The position numbers were made by a program, and so were the translations under genes. The notes beneath the pieces were generated by a model. The model saw only the letters and a list, made by a program, of their open reading frames with translations. It ran no database searches and was not told the DNA's origin. Source: an uncultured archaeon (lineage in GTDB: Archaea > Asgardarchaeota > Heimdallarchaeia > Heimdallarchaeales > Kariarchaeaceae). From it: a DNA stretch of 31,510 bases. The stretch's first letter is position 1. Each line of letters starts with the position of its first letter. This document shows positions 17,984 through 26,507 of the stretch, piece after piece. The stretch spans positions 1 to 31,510 of the forward strand of contig CAZYCQ010000012.1 of the NCBI GenBank assembly GCA_964645535.1. Direction: 5' to 3'.

Positions 17984-19254
17984 GTGATTGGGTTTCACGT
18001 GCAAAACAAGTCATGCCAGGTGGAGTTTCCTCTCCTGTAAGGAGTCTAAATGCTGTTGGGGGGAACCCCATTGTAGTTACGGATGCCAATGGTGCAAGGT
18101 TACGAACAATTGATGGAAGAAACCTCATTGATTATTGCATGAGTTTCGGTCCTCTCATTTTAGGACATGCACCAGAGCCGATTGTGAAAGCTATAATTGA
18201 GCAAGTCAAAAAAGGTACATCTTATGGCACATTGTCACCCATAGAGGTGGAATTGGCAGAACAGATTGTACATTGCCATCCTGCTATTGATTGGGTACGT
18301 TTCGTCAATAGTGGTACGGAGGCAGTGATGTCTGCAATTCGACTGGCAAGAGGAAAAACAGGTCAGGAACTCATTGTGAAATTTGAAGGAACCTATCATG
18401 GTCATGCAGACAGTATGCTTGTCAAAGGAGGGAGTGGACTTGCAACTTTAGGCATCAGTTCAAGTGCAGGGGTTCCGGAAAATGTGGCGGCACAAACTTT
18501 GGTTCTTCCTTTGGGGAACAAAGATGTCTTAAAACAAGCTTTTGAAGAATTTGGCGAAAAAATAGCTGCAGTCATTATTGAAGGAGTCCCCGCCAATAAT
18601 GGTCTTTTGATCCAAGAAAGGGATTTCTTGTTTGCTATTCAGAAAGAATGCAGAAAGTACGGAAGTCTTTTCATACTTGACGAAGTAATAACGGGTTTCA
18701 GATTGGGGCTTGGAGGAGCCACCAGTTATTATGGACTGGATCCAGATATAGTCACTCTCGGAAAGATAATCGGTGGTGGTCTGCCTGTAGGTGCATATGG
18801 TGGACGGAAAGATCTCATGGAATGGATAGCCCCTCTAGGGAAAGTCTATCAGGCAGGTACTCTCAGTGGCAACCCACTTGCCATGACCGCTGGTCTAACA
18901 ACCTTGAAGCATCTTGAAGAAAATCCTTCAATATACGCTCAATTAAGGGATAGAACAATTCAACTTGCAAAAGGAATAACAGAAATCTTTGATGCAAAAG
19001 GCAAAAAAGTGAACGCGATAACTCTTGAATCTCTTTTCTGGATGGTTTTCGAAGAAGTATCTGAACCTCTTCTCAGTCCTTCCCAACTAACCAGGGAGGC
19101 AATTAGTCAATATGCTCACTTCCATCAATTGGCTTTGAACGGGGGAATATACCTTCCACCAAGTGCGTTTGAAGTTGCATTCCTTTCCACATCGCACAAT
19201 GAAGAAATCATTGGGGAAACCCTTGACATAGTTGAAAGGAGTTTGCGAACATGA
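17980..19254 (+). CDS. hemL: Glutamate-1-semialdehyde 2,1-aminomutase
   Basis: MPGGVSSPVR, FVNSGTEA, DEVITGFR, PLP lysine in TLGKIIGGG, and YQAGTLSGNP motifs. ATGA overlap with hemB. Confidence 0.97.
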   Translation: MSDWVSRAKQVMPGGVSSPVRSLNAVGGNPIVVTDANGARLRTIDGRNLIDYCMSFGPLILGHAPEPIVKAIIEQVKKGTSYGTLSPIEVELAEQIVHCHPAIDWVRFVNSGTEAVMSAIRLARGKTGQELIVKFEGTYHGHADSMLVKGGSGLATLGISSSAGVPENVAAQTLVLPLGNKDVLKQAFEEFGEKIAAVIIEGVPANNGLLIQERDFLFAIQKECRKYGSLFILDEVITGFRLGLGGATSYYGLDPDIVTLGKIIGGGLPVGAYGGRKDLMEWIAPLGKVYQAGTLSGNPLAMTAGLTTLKHLEENPSIYAQLRDRTIQLAKGITEIFDAKGKKVNAITLESLFWMVFEEVSEPLLSPSQLTREAISQYAHFHQLALNGGIYLPPSAFEVAFLSTSHNEEIIGETLDIVERSLRT

Positions 19255-20273
19255 ACTCAAAAGAACTCTTCAACTCAGTTTTTGAAGGTAAGGATGTTGA
19301 AAGACCACCACTTTGGTTTATGAGACAGGCGGGAAGATATCTTCCCGAATATTTGTCACTTAGAGAGGGCAAAACCTTTGAACAAATGGTGATGGATCCG
19401 AACATCGCTTCCGAAATTACATTGCAACCAATTCGTCGATTTGATCTGGATGCAGCCATTATCTTCTCAGATATTCTTATTCCTCTCTATTCAATGGAAA
19501 GGGGTCTTGAAATTAAACCTGGTGTCGGTCCTGTCATAGAAAAGCCATTGGCTCTGCCTGAAGAAGTTGATGAATTATACCACCCTGTCCCCAAAAAAGA
19601 TTACCCATATCTCTCGCAATCCATTGCACAAGTCAGAGCGACCATCCCTGAGAAGTGGTTAATCGGGTTCTCAGGTGCACCATTTACCTTGGCAAGCTAC
19701 CTTATTGAAGGGAAATCAACAAGAAATGCACTGACAACAAAGGTTTTCGCATACAAATACCCTGATGCTTTTGCCAAACTGTTGGATAAACTTGTTTCAA
19801 TAGTGTTGCAACAACTTAAGGCACAAATTGGTGCCGGAGTCGATATGGTTCAAATCTTTGATTCTTGGGCAGGCTTTCTAAGTCCAACTCAATATAGAGA
19901 TTGGATACTCCCATCCCTGCATCGTATTATGGAGGAAATTGAAGTACCAAAAATTATCTATGCACGGGGAAGTTCTCATCTTCTTGCAGTATTGGATACT
20001 TGCAATCCTGATGGATTTAGCATTGACAATTCAATCTCGTTGCAAACTGCAAGGAAAATCGTGGGTGATCATAAGGTTCTTCAAGGAAATTTCGATCCTG
20101 CAATTCTCCAAACCACTCCTAGATTGGTTAGGGAAAATCTCAAACAACTTCTTGGGAAAATTGACAATCCGCGCTACATTTTCAATTTGGCTCAAGGGAT
20201 TGACAAGAATTCAATGTTAGATTGTGTACATGAAATGGTTACAACTGTAAAAAATTGGAGGTATACATCATGA
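19251..20273 (+). CDS. hemE: Uroporphyrinogen decarboxylase
   Basis: PPLWFMRQAGRYLPEY, DAAIIFSDIL, GFSGAPFTLASY, QIFDSWAG and QGNFDP motifs. Confidence 0.97.
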   Translation: MNSKELFNSVFEGKDVERPPLWFMRQAGRYLPEYLSLREGKTFEQMVMDPNIASEITLQPIRRFDLDAAIIFSDILIPLYSMERGLEIKPGVGPVIEKPLALPEEVDELYHPVPKKDYPYLSQSIAQVRATIPEKWLIGFSGAPFTLASYLIEGKSTRNALTTKVFAYKYPDAFAKLLDKLVSIVLQQLKAQIGAGVDMVQIFDSWAGFLSPTQYRDWILPSLHRIMEEIEVPKIIYARGSSHLLAVLDTCNPDGFSIDNSISLQTARKIVGDHKVLQGNFDPAILQTTPRLVRENLKQLLGKIDNPRYIFNLAQGIDKNSMLDCVHEMVTTVKNWRYTS

Positions 20274-21640
20274 GTTCAATTGAAGATGAAATAACTCCTG
20301 AACTTATTGAGAGATATGATTTGCATGTTCCAAGATATACCAGCTATCCGACGGTTCCGAATTGGTCAAAAGAATTCAAACCTACAGGTTTTATCGATAT
20401 GATTGATGAGGCCTCTCATAAAAAGGAGCCCCTGAGCCTTTATATTCATATTCCCTTCTGCATTAGAAGATGCCTCTTCTGCGCTTGTAATGTTCTCATA
20501 ACTCGAAGGGAAGATAAAGTCAAAAAATACTTGCTTTACCTAAAAAAGGAGATTGATTCAATTTCTTCAAATTTGAAGGAACGAAATGATGTGATACAGA
20601 TACATTTGGGAGGTGGTACCCCTACTCATCTTTCGCCTAGTCAAATGGCCGATCTCTTCCATCACCTGTGGAATCGTTTTAGAATTGAAGATGGAGGCGA
20701 GCTTTCGATTGAAGTGCATCCTTCTGTGACCAGTAGGGAACATTTAGATGTCCTCTATGACTTTGGTTTCAATCGTCTTTCAATGGGTGTCCAAGATTTC
20801 GATCCTAAGGTGCAGGAACGTCTTAACCGACATCAGACCTTTGAAGAAACCAATGAACTTATCACATACGCTCGAAAGCTCGGATTTGAAAGCATCAATG
20901 TCGATCTCATTTATGGGCTCCCCTATCAAAGCCCTGAAGGGTTCCGAAATACGCTCGAAAAAATTGAGGAAATTCGACCGGATCGGCTGGCAATGTATAG
21001 CTATGCCCATTTCCCAAATATCTTTCGGCATCATAAGCACATTCCCCTTGTTGAAATTCCACAAGGAAGGGATAAACTTCAGCTTTTCTTGAATGCAAGA
21101 AGATTTCTCCTAGATATCGGATATAGGCAAATCGGTTTTGATCATTTTGCTCTTGAAACCGATGGGCTCTGGAAAAGCTTCAAAAGAAAAACCCTTAGGC
21201 GAAATTTCATGGGCTATACAACAAAAAGAGGAACGGATCTCATTGGCTTTGGCTATTCTGCCATTAGTGAGCTAGAATCAGGATATGCACAAAACACCAA
21301 GGACATGTTGATGTATGAAACGTCTATTGACAAGGTCGGGGTCGCAACTGCCAAAGGCCATTACCTGTCACCTGAGGATCGTTTCCGAAAACGTATCATA
21401 ATGGATTTCCTTTGCCTTGGAGAAATCAATTTGGAGAATCTCAAAAAGAACAAGGAGGGAAACAAGATTTTGAGTAGCAGAATGGAGGTTCTTGAACATT
21501 TTGAATCCATTGGTTTCCTTCAAAAGAAGGCCAATGGGTGGAAAGCCACTCCTTTGGGAACGGTTTTCTCAAGAGTGATTGCTTCCATATTCGATGCATA
21601 TTACGATGCAGGCAAGCATTCGTTCTCTAAGTCAATATAG
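20270..21640 (+). CDS. hemN: Oxygen-independent coproporphyrinogen III dehydrogenase (radical SAM)
   Basis: PRYTSYPT N-terminal motif, YIHIPFCIRRCLFCAC, GGGTPT and RRNFMGYTT, typical of true HemN rather than HemW. ATG 20270 has GGAGGT upstream and an ATGA overlap. Confidence 0.95.
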   Translation: MSSIEDEITPELIERYDLHVPRYTSYPTVPNWSKEFKPTGFIDMIDEASHKKEPLSLYIHIPFCIRRCLFCACNVLITRREDKVKKYLLYLKKEIDSISSNLKERNDVIQIHLGGGTPTHLSPSQMADLFHHLWNRFRIEDGGELSIEVHPSVTSREHLDVLYDFGFNRLSMGVQDFDPKVQERLNRHQTFEETNELITYARKLGFESINVDLIYGLPYQSPEGFRNTLEKIEEIRPDRLAMYSYAHFPNIFRHHKHIPLVEIPQGRDKLQLFLNARRFLLDIGYRQIGFDHFALETDGLWKSFKRKTLRRNFMGYTTKRGTDLIGFGYSAISELESGYAQNTKDMLMYETSIDKVGVATAKGHYLSPEDRFRKRIIMDFLCLGEINLENLKKNKEGNKILSSRMEVLEHFESIGFLQKKANGWKATPLGTVFSRVIASIFDAYYDAGKHSFSKSI

Positions 21641-21649
21641 GTGAGAGTT

Positions 21650-23005
21650 ATGAAGCACAACACTATTATCATAGGAGCGGGAATAACTGGACTTGTTATC
21701 GCCAATGAATTAATGGACAAGGGAATTGACCCTGAGCAAATTCTCATTCTAGAAAAAGAAAATAGGGCTGGAGGATTGATTGCCACTTCCATTGAGGATG
21801 GGTTTAGTTGCGAGTGGGGTCCTGAAGGACTTCGAGGATCATCGACAAACACCCATCGGGTTTTTGAATTGGCAGGTATTGAAAAAATAGCATCAACAGA
21901 ACAGGCAAAGATCAGGTATATTTTGAAGAAAGGCAAGCTGATTTCTCTTCCAACCAACCCGATCAAGGCAATATTCAGTTCTGTCTTGTCTCCTTTTGGA
22001 AAACTTAGATTACTGATGGAACCCTTTGTATCCCCCGTTGATACAGATGAAAGCATTGCAACCTTTTTTGAAAGGAGATTTGGAAAGGGAGTTCTACCAC
22101 TTGTGGACGCATTTGTTTCTGGCATTTTTGGAGGAAATCCCTCCAAATTGAGCATTGAGCATTCATTTCCTCCCCTCAAAAGGGCTGAAAGACTGAAAGG
22201 ATCAGTCATCAGGGGGCTCATGGCTATGAAAAAAGGAACAGGACAGAAGGGTAAAAGAAATCGGCAACCCTTTCTGTTCACACCTTCCGGTGGAATGCAA
22301 CAACTTCTGAAGCAACTTTCTGAAAAGGTAAACGTAGTTTATGGAATGAAGGTGAAAGAAATCAAAAAATTGTCAAACGGTTTCATTATTCTAACAGATC
22401 AAAATGAATGGCAAGCCGAGAAGGTTGTTGTTGCAACAGGTATCCAAGGAATTTGCAATATCAAAATTGAAGGAAACTATCCCTCTCTAAAACCCGAAAT
22501 ATCCAAGGTTTCTATTGTTTCCATGGGCTTCACAAAGGATAGCTTCAGACGTCCTCCCAAGGGTTATGGTTTCCTAATTCCTGAATCCGAAAAAAAATTC
22601 CTACTGGGTGTCCTTTTCACTTCCAACCTTTTCCCTCAAAAGGCACCTCAAAACACAGTACTCCTAAGATGTTTCGTTGGAGGAGAAAGACATGAAGATC
22701 GTGCTTTAATGGATAAGGAAGAACTTATTGCCAAGGTTCAAGAAGAAGTTACTGACCTTTTAGAGGTAACTAAGCCACCGGTCTACATCTCAATCCAAAG
22801 ACATGCTCCCAAAGGAATCCCTCAACTCAACTTGGATCATGAATTCAATTTAAATTGGAAACATAAGATTGAAAAGAAATTTCCGAACCTCTATTTTGCA
22901 GGAATTGGGTGGACAAGTATATCCTGTGATGGTCTCATCAGTGAAGCAATTGAGTTGGCTCAAAAATTGACCTCCTCGAACAACGATCAAGCAATGAACC
23001 ATTGA
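21650..23005 (+). CDS. hemY: Protoporphyrinogen oxidase, HemY family (FAD)
   Basis: IIIGAGITGL, RAGGLI, EWGPE, DESIATFFERRFG, FVSGIFGG, GYGFLIP and LRCFVGG motifs. ATG 21650 follows AGGTGA. Confidence 0.93.
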   Translation: MKHNTIIIGAGITGLVIANELMDKGIDPEQILILEKENRAGGLIATSIEDGFSCEWGPEGLRGSSTNTHRVFELAGIEKIASTEQAKIRYILKKGKLISLPTNPIKAIFSSVLSPFGKLRLLMEPFVSPVDTDESIATFFERRFGKGVLPLVDAFVSGIFGGNPSKLSIEHSFPPLKRAERLKGSVIRGLMAMKKGTGQKGKRNRQPFLFTPSGGMQQLLKQLSEKVNVVYGMKVKEIKKLSNGFIILTDQNEWQAEKVVVATGIQGICNIKIEGNYPSLKPEISKVSIVSMGFTKDSFRRPPKGYGFLIPESEKKFLLGVLFTSNLFPQKAPQNTVLLRCFVGGERHEDRALMDKEELIAKVQEEVTDLLEVTKPPVYISIQRHAPKGIPQLNLDHEFNLNWKHKIEKKFPNLYFAGIGWTSISCDGLISEAIELAQKLTSSNNDQAMNH

Positions 23006-23222
23006 TTCTGTCTGAAGAAGTGAAGTTAAATTTCTCCTCGACCACAAATAGTCTGTTATCTTTTCCAAACAACGGATATCCTGTCTTATTGGGAAGAGAA
23101 ATCAATCCATACATGCACAGACCAACATTACGCACACCTCTATATTGCTTTTGCTTTTCCAAAATAATGGTTAAACTTGATAGTTTCGAAAGGTCATTTA
23201 TTTGTTTACTTTTCAAACAATA

Positions 23223-23229
23223 TTTATAA
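23223..23229 (+). promoter_or_regulatory. TATA box (TTTATAA)
   Basis: Lies 24 nt upstream of GTG 23253. Confidence 0.6.
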
Positions 23230-23252
23230 TCTTCTAAGTACATAAATGTAAC

Positions 23253-24836
23253 GTGATTGACCTTTTTTTTATTTCTTATTTAATTGGCTCACAGGTCGGC
23301 CGTGAAATCACTTCTCGTCTTGGATCATTTGGTGAGCCTGTAGACGACACTATAAAGAAGGTAATTGGTGAAGAAACTTCTTCATTCTTTAACAAAATAT
23401 CAAAAAAACTTTTCAAGAGGAAATTGTTCAAAGAAAAAGTCGGAGACATGAGTAAGGAGGAATTTTTTAAATATGTAAAAGAGGAAGCCAATCGAAATAA
23501 AACAGATATTTTAGAAATGGTAAGGGAGGAGATTCCTATGATACTTGATCAATCCCTTGCAAAATACAATGTCCATACGGCAAAGATTGAGAATGTAGTC
23601 TCTCAAGTGATTGACGAGTACATGCAAAAAGACTTCATGGCTTTAATGACTGAAAAATTTCAGGATTTGAGAAACAAAGAAACAATACTCAAAGAGCAGG
23701 AAATTAAAGAATTAATTTATGAGACATTGTACGAGGGAGATGAATCTCTTCTGTTCAGTGATTCTGCAAAACGTGTGCTCCCTGAAATCCAACTATTAAA
23801 GATTGTAAGAATGATTGCTAAGAGTAGGCAATCCCGAAGAATTTCATTATTAGATTTACAGAAGATAATCGGGAAAGATTTAGAGGAAATAAATCAGATG
23901 CTTATGCGTCTTATTTCAGAAGGTTGGATACTTGGAAAGCTGGACACGAGAGGGACATTGGATCTTACAGATGATTATCTGCAACTAGATGAGAATTGGG
24001 AGCTTCAAAGGGATCCTGACATAATTAAACAAGAAATCATTGAAGCAATTAATAGCAATGATCTCTCAAAATTATATTATTGGCGTACGAAAATTGACGA
24101 TCTTTATCTCATCAAACATAGGTTCAGAGAACAAATTGATCAAGCAATTTTGAAAAAAGAAGAAGAGATCATTCAAAAAATAAAGTCCAATTGGAAAAAA
24201 GGAGATGATGTCACCACTCTCTCCAAAATTGTCAAAAAATTACAGATTCATCCCGAAAAAGAACCTCTTTTAACTGCCTTGAAAAAGGAAGAACAGCAAA
24301 TCCGACTGCTTGACAATGAGTTTGTTCAGATAAAATCCATGTTTGCATCTAATGCTAGACAACGTTTGGGAGAAATCAAAATAAACTCAGTGCATTCACG
24401 AAGTCTCCATCAAAAGAAAACTCAACTAGAACGCATGTTTAGCCCTTCCCATTACCATGGAACGAGAATTATTTCAATAGAAGTAGAATTCCTTTCTCAA
24501 CTGGAAAAGATGTTAGGAACATCAATTCCCATGCTGAGTGATTTTCAAGAAAGGCATTTTGGAATTGTGATTGAAGATGAGAGGATAACTGAACTCTACC
24601 TCTCCTCAAAAGATATTTCAACGCTTCCTCAGACGATTGGGGAATTGAATTGCTTAAAAGTTCTTAATCTGAATTGGAATCGTTTTGAAGAACTTCCCAG
24701 GGAATTGAAAAAATTGAAAGGATTACGGGAACTTCATCTTGTTGGCAATCCTCTTTCCAGAGAAAAAGGTAATATTTCAATCCTTAAGTATCTGATCAAT
24801 AATGGATGCAAAATTTTGGGTTATGTAATTGATTAG
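23253..24836 (+). CDS. Helical protein with PCI-like winged helix and short C-terminal LRR module
   Basis: ISLLDLQKIIGKDLEEINQMLMRLISEGWILGKLD fits the PCI pattern. Three LRRs follow (ITELYLSSKDISTLP, LKVLNLNWNRFEELP, LRELHLVGNPL). Confidence 0.8.
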   Translation: MIDLFFISYLIGSQVGREITSRLGSFGEPVDDTIKKVIGEETSSFFNKISKKLFKRKLFKEKVGDMSKEEFFKYVKEEANRNKTDILEMVREEIPMILDQSLAKYNVHTAKIENVVSQVIDEYMQKDFMALMTEKFQDLRNKETILKEQEIKELIYETLYEGDESLLFSDSAKRVLPEIQLLKIVRMIAKSRQSRRISLLDLQKIIGKDLEEINQMLMRLISEGWILGKLDTRGTLDLTDDYLQLDENWELQRDPDIIKQEIIEAINSNDLSKLYYWRTKIDDLYLIKHRFREQIDQAILKKEEEIIQKIKSNWKKGDDVTTLSKIVKKLQIHPEKEPLLTALKKEEQQIRLLDNEFVQIKSMFASNARQRLGEIKINSVHSRSLHQKKTQLERMFSPSHYHGTRIISIEVEFLSQLEKMLGTSIPMLSDFQERHFGIVIEDERITELYLSSKDISTLPQTIGELNCLKVLNLNWNRFEELPRELKKLKGLRELHLVGNPLSREKGNISILKYLINNGCKILGYVID

Positions 24837-25137
24837 CGATGGAAACCTATCTACTGAATCAACAAGCTTTGCCTTGTCTACATTACATTTTCAAAAAGTT
24901 AATATTATCTTTTTCTCTGCTTCGAAGACACTTGATCATTCACTCGATTGAATTATTATAAGCAGAAAATATGATCCTACTTCTGTAGAGGTAAAGTGGA
25001 ACATAGCTAACACAAAAATTGTAAAGAAAGCTCCAGATTTGGACAGTTCATTCAAATCACGAAAATAACAGGGTTTTCAACTAAAATGAAAAAAATAGGA
25101 ATCGTTAAAAATCTGCGAAGAAATTAACGATGATAGT

Positions 25138-25362
25138 ATGTTTGTAAGAGTAGAATCCATTGGTGGGTTGATTACCAATGTTTCTGTTTTCAGGGACTTC
25201 ACCGATGCAACTAAAATAGAGGAGAATTTCAACCCTGAAGCAGATGACATAAGGGTCTTTGAATTAGGTTCCAAAATGCTCAAACAGATATTGGAAGGTT
25301 CTGAAGTTGAAATTTCCTTGACTGAATGTTGGTCTCATCCCAACGAATTCGATGCAGATTAA
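25138..25362 (+). CDS. Small acidic hypothetical protein, possibly 5'-frameshifted (true start may be 25086)
   Basis: 74-aa ORF filling an intergenic gap, convergent with the next gene. Upstream MKKIGIVK joins it if one A is removed at 25107-25111. Confidence 0.5.
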   Translation: MFVRVESIGGLITNVSVFRDFTDATKIEENFNPEADDIRVFELGSKMLKQILEGSEVEISLTECWSHPNEFDAD

Positions 25363-25366
25363 AGGA

Positions 25367-25900
25367 TCATCGATAAAAAATCACTTTGTCATTTATTGAA
25401 AAACGAATCAATTTGTTGAAGTCAAACCTTGGTCCATAAATGGCTCTATGATCCAGATACTTGTCATTTGTTACAATATTGGCATTTTTTGCAATTGCTT
25501 CCTCAATGATCTCCAGATCATCATCCCTGTCTGGATCTGCTTCAATCACCCAACCTATATTGATTAAACGTATCAGTTCCGGAGGGTCATCAATCGAATA
25601 TCTAAGGGCATTCGAAATGTAGATAATTGGATCCATTCCTGCTCTGACCAGTGAAGCTCTGACACGTTTTATGTTTACCACCTTTGGCGGGGAACCGGTA
25701 TGATAGGCCACATTGGTTCCATCAACAACTACAGGTGTTCGCCTTTTTTGGAATGTCTTTTGAAGGGTGGTAGTTTCTTTTTGTGCATAGGCCACATTTC
25801 CGTGAAATCTCACCATGTGGTTCTCTACCTGATTTTTTGGAATGGATTTGCCACAGAGTCTACACTTGACGTTCACTGATGCAAAATAATGATCTGACAA
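25367..25900 (-). CDS. C2H2 zinc finger fused to Regnase/Zc3h12a-like NYN (PIN) ribonuclease domain
   Basis: CRLC-x12-HMVRFH finger. Acidic active-site motifs VVVDGTNVA, DDDLEII and IVTNDKYLDH. Confidence 0.85.
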   Translation of the reverse strand: MSDHYFASVNVKCRLCGKSIPKNQVENHMVRFHGNVAYAQKETTTLQKTFQKRRTPVVVDGTNVAYHTGSPPKVVNIKRVRASLVRAGMDPIIYISNALRYSIDDPPELIRLINIGWVIEADPDRDDDLEIIEEAIAKNANIVTNDKYLDHRAIYGPRFDFNKLIRFSINDKVIFYR

Positions 25901-25947
25901 AGATAAGGATTAGGTTATTGCGCATAGGGCATACTAAACGCAAAAAA

Positions 25948-26469
25948 CTATCTTGCTTCCAATGTCAGCAATCGTTTTTTCGTAGCTGTGCCTCCACTTC
26001 CCGAATAATTCCCTAATTCTCCAGATTTCTTCACAACCCTGTGACATGGAACAATAAGTGGAATTGGATTCTTTGCCATAATTGAACCTACAAACCTAGA
26101 ATGGCGTTTAGTCAACCCCGATTTCATTGCCAAATCGGAATATGTAATGGTTTGCCCTTTTTTGATTGAGAACAATGTCTTCAAAACCTGGGCGTAGGAT
26201 TTTTTCATGGATTCAAAAGCGATGTCATCGTATGAAAGTGCATGAGGTTTACCTTGAAACACATCCATTATGGCTTCAATGTATTCTTCATTGGCTTTAC
26301 CCTCTGAAATTTCCAAGTCTTCCGAATAGAGCGACTGGAGTTGTTCAAGGAACTTTTCTGTATTTGGTATTGAGCGGTCAGGAACAGTACACGCCGCTAG
26401 CTTTCCATTCAATTCTGCGATGAGAAAGTTCAATCCCTCAATCTCAACATGAGAATAGGTTGCCTTCAT
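25948..26469 (-). CDS. ogt: Methylated-DNA--protein-cysteine methyltransferase
   Basis: GQTITYSDLA, RFVGSIMAKNPIPLIVPCHRVV and KKRLLTLE motifs. Upstream TATA; T-run directly after the stop. Confidence 0.95.
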   Translation of the reverse strand: MKATYSHVEIEGLNFLIAELNGKLAACTVPDRSIPNTEKFLEQLQSLYSEDLEISEGKANEEYIEAIMDVFQGKPHALSYDDIAFESMKKSYAQVLKTLFSIKKGQTITYSDLAMKSGLTKRHSRFVGSIMAKNPIPLIVPCHRVVKKSGELGNYSGSGGTATKKRLLTLEAR

Positions 26470-26507
26470 TATTGGGATGAAAAATTCTGCAATTAAAAAT
26501 ATATAGG

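Noticed and set aside
20270-21640. HemW heme chaperone instead of HemN
   Set aside because: Has the PRYTSYPT N-terminal extension and RNFMGY motif of catalytic HemN and sits between hemE and hemY.
21601-22281. 226-aa minus-strand ORF
   Set aside because: Lies antisense to hemY (and the end of hemN) and has no motifs.
22938-23243. Small ORFs on both strands after hemY
   Set aside because: No recognisable motifs or initiation signals, and they overlap the next gene's promoter.
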